Positions 52,451 to 64,000 of a stretch of DNA of 64,000 nucleotides are shown one piece after another (the stretch's first letter is position 1; each line of letters begins with the position of its first letter). This DNA comes from Octopus sinensis (taxonomy: Eukaryota). Made by a program: the position numbers and the translations under genes. The stretch spans positions 66,340,001 through 66,404,000 of the forward strand of contig NC_043000.1 of the NCBI RefSeq assembly GCF_006345805.1. The letters are read 5' to 3'. The notes beneath the pieces were generated by a model, which was not told the origin of the DNA, searched no databases, and saw nothing but the letters and a program-made list of their open reading frames with translations.

Positions 52451-53746
52451 AGTATTACTGACAGTAGCTTGATGATAGTCTGTTGCATACAGTAGCCTAT
52501 ATTGGACAAGTAGCTTCTACTGAAGCCAAATTCATATTATCATTAAATGATATAAACATTTCAAGTCTCTTAATCTTGGTTATTGTTTGACAATGTTTCT
52601 TGTTTCCTTCTGTTGGTTTCTGCACAATCTTTCTGCTAAACTTCTATTTGTACTTACAAGGCAGATTTTTTGGGGAGTGCCTCCACTTTACTTGGTTATC
52701 TTTTCTCAAAGCCTCTGGGATACCTTATAGGAAACAAATATGACCAGATGTTGCATCTTACTCCACAAAATTACTTCAATGAAGACATGAACATTATTTG
52801 AAATGACAATGAGTTATTTTGAACTCTTAATCTGAGTTTTAATAAAGATGCAATAGTGCCTGCTCTGATTGGTTTATATTATATTATATTGATCAGTATA
52901 TTGTTTAATCATTTACCGAATGAAGAACTTTTCAGTCTTTTGCATGAAATAATAAAAAAGAAAAAAATGATCCTGGTTTATTTTCAGAGCAAAAATATTC
53001 CAAGTCAGTTAATTGTTGATAAAATTAGTCATATGAGTGTCATTCTTGAAATATTAAGCAGCTGCGTTTTATCCATTCATTTCTTGGGCTACAGCCAAAT
53101 CTGTCCCCCACCACATCCATCTCCCTTTCTCTTTTTCACTCCAGCTTATTAGGGAGTCAGTGAAACAATGTATCTTACATGGCTGTCAAGATGATACATC
53201 TGCTGACATGTTAGATGTATAACATGCACATTTAATGATGATCAAAGCACATACATAGGTAAATCTCCACACATTTATTCATGATTTTCTTTTTTCTTTT
53301 AGTTATATACTTAGCTTCAAATTGACAAAAAAAAATTGAAATTTATTAAAGAAGCCTTTTTTCTATATTACTTGAATATTTTTGTTTCATTTTGTAAATA
53401 TGCAAAATTATTTTTTTATAATTTTCTATTTAAAATAGTTTTGCTATTTCTAAACACTTTGTATGTTTTATGAGCAATGAATTGCTCAAGCTTTATTGAT
53501 CAATTATTGAGGAAGGACACTCATGGCTTTTATAATAAAAGCTTAATTATTTAAACTTATGATTTTTAAGCATTTTTTATTTGCTCTCTGAAAATATATT
53601 CTAAAATGTTATGTATCATGTTCAAAAGATTAAAAAAGAATTATGAAATATATTAGTGTATTTATGTATTATTTCAGCAATTCTATTTTTTAGTTGATTC
53701 CTTATACAGGCAATAAATTGTAAAGGTTTTAGGTATCTACTAAGTA

Positions 53747-53787
<41 letters not shown>

Positions 53788-56700
53788 TTCAACTGCTTCA
53801 TTCAGCAATATCTATTTTTAGTCACAGAAATGATTAAAGCTTTATAAACAATATATTTTTATATACCATTACAGAAGAAAGAATGAGACTTTAATTGAAA
53901 AGGAAGTAAAAGTATATTTTGGTGATTAAAACTTTATAATGTTTTGGCGTAACTTCTATACATTTGTTTGCAGTAATTTCTGACAGCAGATAATTAGTGA
54001 AAATACACAATTAGAGTTTATATCAACAGTAATAAATAAATCTATTGATGTCTAGCCAAATATTATCAGAAAATGATCTGCCAAGACTATGAATAGATGT
54101 TTATATTCTATATTATAAAGCTGACTTGGCTATCTATTAAGTAGTATGTTCAATATGTTTAAGGAATCAAAGATGTCTTCATTTAAGACTTTCTTATCTC
54201 TGATTATATATTTAGCCTGTCTGGGATGTACTGTAGTGAGAGACTTGTAAACGTTAAAGATGCAAAGATTCAAGTAGGAATGGAGTTGATAAAACTGGAA
54301 AGATAGGGGCTCCTACTCAAGCTGCTAAAGATAGCAGTCAAATGCACCCTACTGTCTTACATTTTGAATAAAAAATGAAGAAAAATCACCTTGGTCATGT
54401 AGTCCCTAATATAATAGACAAAATACCAGGTTTATCACTGCTGGAATGCTTTTTGTTATAATTCTAGCTTGGGGCTAATCAAAGAGTAGGATCTTATCTG
54501 AAGGGTATTTTATCTAAGGTGTGTGTGTGTGTATATATATATATAAAAGTTTTATTAATAGATATTTTAACATAAGCTGCAAAGAAAGACTGAAGATTTT
54601 ATTAAACATCTAATCATAAGCTTCACTTCTTTTTTTGCAAACCTACATTGTTTCAGAATTCCAGTCAAAAATTCTCGCATCTGAATTATCAGCAACTTTT
54701 TTTTTTCTTTTCTTTTTCTGTAAGAGTTTGCAGTGGAGCAAATTAATACTTTGCAAAATGTAAAATATTCCAATGAAACACACTGTATATGTGTGTTTTA
54801 ATTAATTTTGAAAATGTGCAAGAATTTGGAGAACTTTCATAAAATAACTTTTTTTTTATTGCTAAGCTGGTGTTTGGAACATAGTAGAAGGTTCTTACAT
54901 AAAAAGAATTGAATTATAATAGAACATTTTAATTTAGTTATGGATACTTTAAAACAAGTTTTTTTATGATACAACAAGGTTGGGGTCAAAAGGCTTAATA
55001 AATTAATGGCAGTAGTGATATCTGTAAATTTCTGCATAAGTGTAATCTACCAGTTGAATAAATGCAGGGCCCAGAGTTAGTTTGAAATAAATATATGAAG
55101 AAGACTTGTTAATTGAGCGAAGTTAAAATGTAACATGGCCTTTACAATACGTGTTAAAATAAGTTGTCTATAATTTTTCTATCAAAGCTTTTTCATTAAA
55201 AACATCTAAAATATAAAAATTAAGAATCTTTTATGCATCTGACTTTATTGAATTATTGATGGAAAAAAAAACTCATCTTTGACTGAAGATATCTACTGTT
55301 TGTTTTTAATTATAATTAAATATTCTGCACTCTGCTTCTAAAGTAATATTTTATCCTTTTTTAAAAGAATTTTAATCACTGGATGAAATAAGTTTTGATT
55401 TTTATAGTTTCCTTTGATGTATATAGCTAGTGATGTAAAAAATTCTTAAGGACTTCATTCTCTGATGAACTATTCTTTAAATAATAGTTAATATAGATAG
55501 GAACACTCTCTTTTGTCTATTACAGCATTATGTCTCACAACTGTATTGATCCAATATTTTAGTGTTATTTTCTTCAGAGCTGAATGCACAAGACTCTCCT
55601 TCTGCTCACTACAATTATACAACCGTCCTATTTGTTTTATGTGATGAGAAACTGAATTATTTAGCATTGATTTAATCATTTAGTTATAAATTTTTTAAAA
55701 AATCTCATTTTTGTATTTCAAAATCAAAGGATCTTAATGTACCTGACAATATTTTATTTTATAAATATATAATGGTCAGTTCTATTTCCCCAATCAAGTT
55801 TTACATTAAAAAAAGAAAAATCAAAAAAGTCTATATAGCCTCATCAACAAGTCAACTTAACTGAAGTACAAATTCAAATCAAAATGCAATGAACACATTC
55901 TGGTTATATTTATATAAATCTTAGAACTCTTATTGCTACAGTGTGAAATGAAATTGGACCTATTTTATTCACACAGAACAGGCATAACTAGTTCTGGTTA
56001 CCAACTTCTGTTTTTTTATTTATTATTTTGTCACTTAAGTAATCTTTATAAAATGCTAATCACTGAAAAATGGTTAGTAATAATTAAGTTGTTGAAAAAC
56101 TTAAAATGTAACTTTTCAAATTCAATTAAAGACAAGTGTTTTCTCAAAGTGATTGGCTCTCTTGCTTCTCATTCTGCATTACTACAGCTATATCTTCTTT
56201 CAAAAAGTACAATTTACTGTTTTATGATAAAGAATTTTAAAATATGATCCTAACTTCAATAATTTTCAAAAATGATGACAAACACTCATGCAATACAATT
56301 GAAATTAACTTTCGAATATTTTGTATGATATTGAGTTTTAGAAGTTAATTAGTCATTTTTATCACTATTTTTTTCTGGATCAAATAGTATATATTTGCCA
56401 TCGTAATTTTGCTTTGTGTGATAAATATCCATATGCATTCAGGTGCATTTATTATGTACATATAAATACATAGTAGCGTTGCAGTCAAAATTCAGACATT
56501 GAAAGGCAAAAGGCTGGGATATTTAGCTAACTCCTGATGAAGTAATCATGATCCAAGTTATTCTTCCATAATATCTTTCATAACGAATCATTAGAACAAA
56601 AGCTTTACTTGTAATCTTAAGATTTGTTATTTGAGAATGTCATGCTGATCTCTGCTGCTATCAGTGTTCCTTGGTCTTGTAAAATTTGATTGTTCTGTGA

Positions 56701-57399
56701 CTACAAACTACACACTTAACTAATACTGTCAGCTCACACCTCAAAGGGTTCTGATTTTCATGCACTAAGCACTTTGTTTCTCTGTTTTCAAGCATACAAT
56801 TTGCTTTAAGATACTGCTGAAAGAAAACAATAGATTATAGAGCAGTGAAATTCTGGCGAAGAAGTGTAGCCTATATTTTGCATGACAAGTTTTACAGTTA
56901 ATATGACTGACTGAGCAAAGAATTACAATTGACAACCACACATTCTTGTCATGTAGCTGATTCTTTTTTGGTACCTTCCTCAATTGTGTGTTAATACAGC
57001 TACTGATACCAAGTTGAACTTTTGGTAGGAAACCCAGTTTCTGCTGTAATGGTTACTTAATTCTTAAACATGGGGTCTAGATGTGAGATAATATTCTTGA
57101 ATTTAAGCTTATGGTCAATCTTCTTCAGAAGTTTTGAGATTCAATAGTTGATATATCATCCAATTGTAATGTATTCACAAATTTTCACACATCAGCGGAC
57201 AAATATAATGACTCTCTGTATTATTACTCCCTCTAGGAATATCTGTAATTGCTACCTATCTGTTTTCTTACTATTAATGTAGTTATCTGTTAACTGTGTC
57301 CTTCTTGTGAGCTACAAACTTTTATTTTCATTATTGAGAATAACTTTTCCTTTGCTCTCAGCCTCGGCCTTTTGCACATTTGTACCAAGTCAGTGAGAT

Positions 57400-57900
57400 A
57401 CAACCTATCCCCCCCCCTCTCTCTCATTGCTCTCTTCTATGAATCTGATGCAATATAAGTAGTGTACTGTTGATGTTATCTCAAAGTTTTGACATACTGC
57501 TTCTAAGAATAATATATATCACCATCTTTGTGCCTCACAGATTTCCTGTGAATAATTTGTTAAGTCTTCATATACTTTCAAGTTGGGGACAAAAATATAC
57601 TGCATATCAATCTCAAGAAGGAATGTTACCAAGCTAGTTCTATTGTTAACTTTATTCATCCTACTGACTACTATGCACATGAATTTCTAGTCTCAGTAGA
57701 TTTTGTGGTTCACTTTTCAACTTGTATATTTTAATTTTTTTTATTCTCCTGGTGGGATATTTACTTGTACTGCAATCAAACCTATGTATTGCACAATATT
57801 GATGGTTTTCTTTATTCTCAGGAGTGTCACCACCTCTTTAACAACATTGCTCTTGCTCGCACTGCTGATCCAATATCTTGTTGAGCCACGAGGAAATGGG
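57400..57900 (-). mobile_element. Possible ancient LINE endonuclease remnant
   Basis: Weak motifs LRIKKTINIVQY and ILRSSMS; heavily interrupted. Confidence 0.25.
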
Positions 57901-58149
57901 ATTTGTATAATCCTTTAAATTTATGTAATAAGACGTTTGATGTCTGAAGCTCTTGAACTAGTAATGTTTTTGGCAATTAAAATCTTTCAGTAGTATTATG
58001 CAGTCCTGCTCTTAAAACATGGAACATTTAGCCATTTTTTAGATACTTTGGACTTTTTCAGATTTAGTGGTTTTTCTAGTTTGTAAGAACTGTAACCCTA
58101 ATTTTACTGATAGACAAGGTAAATTTCCACCTCTTTTGAATGAATTATG

Positions 58150-59020
58150 GGTTTATTCCCATATATACATACTACATTTAATTTAAATGGAATCTCACCA
58201 TTGATTTATGCTACTTTTACAAAATGCCTAATAAAGCACAGGATATATGTATAAATATGCAACTACCTGAGGAATATTAATGGTTTAGTTAAAAATGTAT
58301 CTCTTATATTTTCTCTTTTGCCAATAAACAAATCTGTAACAAATCCTCAATTTACTATTATACTCTGTATAGAATCAGAGTTAACAAGGAAATTTCTCAA
58401 TTACTTGACAAATAGAACAGCCTATCATAGAAATAGACAAAAATTCATTTAATCTTTTATCTGAATTAGTAACCTTACCCACTAATTTAACATTTTTTTT
58501 TTTACTTTACTTGCAAAACATTCTCTACCACAACATAAATATAGAATTTTTAATTATGAGCAGAATTAAGATTTCATATTTCACTACACTAAATCTTAAA
58601 TTATTGCTTCCAACCTTACTGCCTCAACTACAAATCTATGATTCTAATTGTGCTCTCCCTAATAATTGTCCATTGAATTCTAATTGGTACATTATGGACT
58701 TTGCTAAACAATGTAAAGTTTAAACTGCAAACTCTGCCAATACATACATTGGCTCTACTGCTAATCTTTTCAAGTTTCATTGCAATCAGCATACTCATTC
58801 CTTCCAAAACTATTATAAGCAATGTAGTTATGTTTGGAATTAAAGAATTTAAATAGAAAATTCTTCCTAATATCCAAGAAACTGAAATTCATGCAACCTG
58901 TTCTAGAGAGGTTTATGAAATTCCTTTTCCTAACATTTTTACTCTTGACAGGCATTTGGACAGAAAAGCTTCATGCCATCACAAAATTTTCAAGCAATAC
59001 ACATATTTTTAACCCTTTTC
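58150..59020 (+). mobile_element. Penelope-like element relic, GIY-YIG endonuclease region
   Basis: RIKISYFTTLNLK..NCALPNNCPLN..QCKV*TANSANTYIGSTANLFKFHCNQHTHSF..SYVWN; TYIG at 58742-58753 in frame with ORF 58511; CNL and SCHHK remnants downstream. Confidence 0.7.
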
Positions 59021-59612
59021 TTCTTAGCACAAAAATTATATGACATAAACTTCTCCCTAAATTTATCTCGTTTTACTTTAGCTCTGTACTACCCTAGTTT
59101 GCAAACACATTGTATTAATTTCATTGTTGTTTACTTATCATAGTTTCTACATATTTCATACTAAATTTCTCTATTACCTTTTCAACGTAATTCAATTTAA
59201 TTAAGTCCTCTCACATGTCTGTGGTCCTAGTTACTAAATTACTTTACCAACATATAAATATGTCAAGTAATCTCTAATATTCAACCACACTTTTTCTATT
59301 GTATATACTAGTATTGATTATCCAGTTCATTAATGCATATATTGGTAATTAAACCGGCATCTTACTTCACACCTCTCTTCATGATTTTAATGATCAACAT
59401 TTTTAGTCTATGTAGCTACCTTTCCTTCTTATTACTCTACAGATTTATCCAATACTTTTGCCCTTTGTCCTACCTTAATGCTAATATTCAGACCCAGCAC
59501 TGCTGCTCATGACTTCATTTAATATCTTTTTTTATAACTCCTGTTCCAAATTGTTTTTAGATTATTTGTTTTTGATATTACATTTTTGTATATATATGTT
59601 CCTATATCTGTA

Positions 59613-59980
59613 TGTGGCACTCTCTCAGTCAGTTACGACGATGAGGGTTCCAGTTGATCTGATCAACAGAACAGCCTGATTGTGAAATTAACATGCAAGT
59701 GGCTGAGCATTCCACAGACATGTATACTCTTAACGTAGTTCTCGGGGTGTGTTACAAGGCTGGACTTTTGAAGTACAGGTACAACAGAAACAGGAAGAAT
59801 GAGTGAGACATAGTTGTGGTGAAAGTGTACAGCAGGGTTCACCACCCCACCCTCTCCTGCCAGAGCCTCACGGAGCTTTAGATGTTTTCACTAATAAACA
59901 CAACACTCGGTCTGGGAATTGAACCTGATCTTATGACCACGAGTCCTCTGCTCTAACCATTGGGTCATTGTGCCTCCACA
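59613..59980 (-). mobile_element. tRNA-derived SINE, probably composite with a second repeat
   Basis: Minus-strand head ggaggcacaatgacccaatggttagagc..ggttcaattccc; CpG-richer than flanks. Confidence 0.6.
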
Positions 59981-61799
59981 TCTGTGTGTATATATGACTA
60001 TTCATTGTTTGGTTGTTTGCTTGTTTTGTATGTATGTATTTTGGTAGACAGGTAGTAAGTATTTTTACATGGAAAAGGTTGACAGTTACTTTGAAGTTTC
60101 AGATTTGTAGCCATCATAATATTGAATGTCACCTTTTGAATGAATATGTTAGTCTACAAATAGGTATTGAGTAATCCTTCAATTTAACGTTTTTTTGTAT
60201 AGCTATTCATAAAAAAAAACGTTTATATGTATTCAAATATACATTTATACACACACACAATAGTCTCATATATACATACACATGTCCATACGTACACATA
60301 TACACAAAATGCACATCACTCCACACAGCGCACACACTAGGTTACTTGTACACATACATGCACATGCTCCCATATACACACTGGCCTATGCATTTGTATA
60401 CACACATGTACATATGCACACCAATACATGAAATACGTCACGCCATAAAATGTACTCACTAGGTTACTTATACACACATACAGGGCTACATAATTTTAAG
60501 CTTGCCCACACATACATATTCATGCTCTCAGCCCCCCCCCCTTCACACACCATTCTTACATAGTCACGTGTGCTTGTGCACTCTAGTTCAGCTGGGTCAT
60601 TGTTACCTCCCTTCCTCTCAGTCTCTTTCTTCCAGCCATTTCATCATGTTGAACCATTAATCCCTATACTTCCGTTTCTCTCTCTCTCTTTTTCCTTGTC
60701 TCTCCATTTATGTTTTCCTCTCTGTCAAAGAGCGTAGGTTGAAAACATCAAAGACTTTTCCATTCTTCCCAAGCGTCAAACTAATATATCTGCTTGTTCC
60801 TTCACCTATCTTCGTCTTTTGTTTTCTGTAAATTTGAAGTATGTATATATGTGTATAAATTAAATGAAAATAAGCTAAGAGAAACAACTCAATGGTGTGT
60901 ATTTGAACAACATTGACAAATGTAGGTATACAACAAATATAGGTATACCATACAACATAAATTCTTGATTTATTACAATTATTTCTGTCACTAGAGAATG
61001 TGTCATAATTACCAAATAACAAAATCAGCTCCGTATGAGGAGGGGAGATAATTTCAGTTAAGTATTTTCCCGAATTGACATGCCATTAAAGAGAACAGGC
61101 TTAATGCCTGGAGATAAGAGGATAGTCATGAACATGTGTTTCTATCTCGACAGGCATCATCAGCACAGCAATTGTCCAACCTTATCTCCATTATATATAT
61201 ACATATATATATATATATAATAATTGTGATTATATATTGTATTTTTATATGTGAGTTAGTATTAAATGTATATCTCTTGTGTATAGATCTCACTTAATAG
61301 TTTCTTTGTACACACACATACATGTAGTTTGGGTATTACAAATGGAAGAAATAGAACTCAGTACATAAAGCAGTGTGTGTGTGTATTATTAACTGAAGTT
61401 ACCTTTGTGACTCGAGACTGTAAATTCATGTCAAAGCTCTTTTCAAATGCTTTCTTTGACCAATACTGTGGGAACAACACTCTCAGCCCTTGAGTCACTT
61501 ATGGAACTTTACAGCTAATAAATATGTGCGCTGATATTTGCTTGTATATCTATATGTATATACTTTTGTATATATTTATATGGATGGATACATAGTTATT
61601 GACATGTATCGTGTGTGTATATATTTATGACTACATTGGGGGGTGCAACTCTGTCAACCATCTTTGATTTAAATCTAGTTCCTACCAGAGATACCTTGCT
61701 AGAAAAGTTACTTGCCTCGCTGTATCATTAATTCTCACATCCTTATATATTTTTTCTTTTTACATAAGTTTGTCTATGGTTTTACTTCAGTACTTAACT

Positions 61800-62330
61800 G
61801 ACAGGCTTAAGTTGTGAATTTTCAGTCTCTTATGGTACACACTCATGTACTGAGGATGCTGTACTATGTCTCTGAATGCAGGAGTTGATGTATCATCAAG
61901 CAGTTAAACAGCTCTGTAGGTGTTTGGTCTGCTTTTACTGCAACACTACAGCTGCCCAGGCCTTCCCACTGATCTAACTGACAAAACTCCTTTACAACTT
62001 TGAGCTTTGTTGAGTCAGATGTTGCAATTCTTGTTGAACTAGATGTTTCTACCATTCTCAATGTTCACTCTTTCTGCACCACTGGTCCTCTCTCTTAAAC
62101 CAGATGAAATGGCTTGTTTTCTCAGCAGCTCCAGACAATTTTCTGGCAACAACTTTTGTCTCCATCGCATCTAGACCAAGACTCCTGAGCAAGTGAACCC
62201 TTCTTTCAACAAATCCTCTAATACCAATCTCTGCAGGAAAGCAATATGCCTCCTATCTATTGTTTTTCCAGAGTTCAACCAACTTGCTGTATTTCCCTAT
62301 AATTTTTTTCTGTGCTACTAGGGTCTAGTA
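61800..62330 (-). mobile_element. HERO-like (RLE-bearing, R2-group) non-LTR retrotransposon 3' fragment
   Basis: 62315-62058 translates AQKKIIGKYSKLVELWKNNR*EAYCFPAEIGIRGFVERRVHLLRSLGL...LSGAAEKTSHFIWFKREDQW, matching the K..KY..L / P.EVG.RGF / AAE..S.W.W.KR C-terminus; 3' boundary approximate. Confidence 0.62.
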
Positions 62331-64000
62331 AGAGTCTAAATTTTACTTTCTGTTTACTTCTTGTTACTTTCTGTTTTATCTTTTATTTACTAGATCTATA
62401 CAATTACACTATTATATTTAGTATAAATTCAGTCACATATCTATAGTTTTAATTGGTATATAATGTATAGGGAAGTTATGTTCATTTAAATAACAACAAT
62501 AATAATAATGGCTTCAAATTTTGGCAAAAGGCCTGCAAGTTCAGGGGAGTGGGTAGCCAATTACATCAACCCCCAATGCTCAGCAGGTACTTATTTTATC
62601 AACCCTGAAAAGATGAAAGGCAAAGTTGACCTTAGTAGAATTTGAACTCAGGATGTAAAGACGGACTAAAAGCCACTAAGCATTTTGCCTGTCATGTTAA
62701 CAATTCTACCAGCTCACTACCTTAATAATAATAATAATAATGCTATTTTTTTTTTATAATTTGATATTACTTTCCAAATATACATATTTTTTAAAAGTCA
62801 TTTCTGTAGAGTACTTTTTTATGTACAAATAGTCCTTTTAGAGTATGAAAGTACTAATAATGTTGTGTTTGTGTGTATGTTTATATATAATTGTGTATGT
62901 ATGATAAATTTTATGTGTGTATATAATTGTGTGTGTGTGTGTGTGTATTATATAAAAAATGGAAGACTCACATACAGTACTTCACATATCCCCACACCTG
63001 GCAAACTATAGGTATAAAGTTACTTGATTACTGATCATTAATCAACACCTGTGGTACCATTCGTCAGCTGTTGTGTGAAGCTTCTCACATGTTTGTATAA
63101 TATAATAGATATATTCCTCTTTTTTAATAAAACTGAGATTTACTTCTTTTGATAGTACACACATGAGTAACTGTTACACACACACACAGCTTTTGACAGT
63201 CCACTAATTTTATACATCAGGTTAGCATCTTTAATTTTATATTAGACTGCTTTGAATTCTCATCACAGTTATTTCCCTTCTCCTCCACAACTATATGAAA
63301 ATCTAAATTTCATACTATTTGAGTTTGCTTTTTACAGTAACCATTTTTATAACGACTTTATATCACGTATTAATTATACTCTTTTATTTAACTTCATACC
63401 TTACTTTTAAATATGTTTTTCCTACAACTTCCCGCTTATTTTATTATATTTAATGCTTCTCTTTAGTCTTTCTGGCATTAATATGTATTTTATGTGGAGT
63501 TGTTTCTTTTGAGTTCATTATTTATTTATTTGCTTCTAATTTGTTGGTTTAATGTTTTGGTCTCAATTCTAGGTGAAACATATATATGTATTATGGGCTC
63601 AAAAATTCCTTTCATTCTTCTCTGAAGAGTGCTTGTCATAGCCGAAACAAACTGCATTTTGTAAGAAAACTATGAATTAATACTGTATATTCCAGAAGTA
63701 AATAGCATTGAGTTCTTTTAAATTGTTGATTTTCTAGTCAAACAATTAAATTTTCTAGATCACACACACAAACACCCTACACACATACTTCACTTTTGTT
63801 CAAAACTGCTGATGATTAACTGTAAAGTGACTACAAATCTGTACCAAGAATGCTGATATTGATTAACTTGTTTTGTCCACATTTTTGTTTCAGTTCTTGG
63901 CAGGTTCTCATTCTTGAGTAAAATACAAAATTACTTTTCAAAAGCTATTATTTCAAAGCACATCCTCAATGACTGAGTTCTCTCCACCAGGCAGGCAGAT

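Noticed and set aside
53000-56400. Second host gene in the right third of the window
   Set aside because: No ORF with protein-like motifs and splice signals found; only AT-rich DNA and TE relics

Overview
AT-rich, microsatellite- and SINE-dense animal genomic DNA; the repeat landscape and protein suggest an octopod cephalopod (inference, no database search). One host gene is supported: a 5'-partial p90 ribosomal S6 kinase (RSK/RPS6KA family) on the + strand. It has 16 GT-AG exons from 4484 to the stop at 44772 (1829 nt, continuous frame), covering both kinase domains, the linker, the ERK-docking motif and a PDZ-type C-terminus. The rest is intron/intergenic DNA full of retroelements. These include (i) the 5' part of an apparently young RTE-clade LINE antisense at 1-3027, with an uninterrupted ORF missed by the ORF track and a 5' region made of about 4.6 tandem ~344-bp monomers, reminiscent of mouse L1 promoters; (ii) two CR1/L2-type LINE copies; (iii) several RTE fragments, one with a PHD finger inside the RT region; (iv) relics of Penelope (GIY-YIG) and HERO-like (RLE) elements; (v) a 630-bp foldback MITE; and (vi) several tRNA-derived SINE families. 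The best candidates for undescribed biology are the monomer-array LINE promoter, a tRNA-headed SINE ending in a minimal hammerhead-ribozyme fold (with more degenerate hammerhead-like motifs elsewhere), and many dsRNA-forming structures in the RSK pre-mRNA. All alignments and folds were done by eye.
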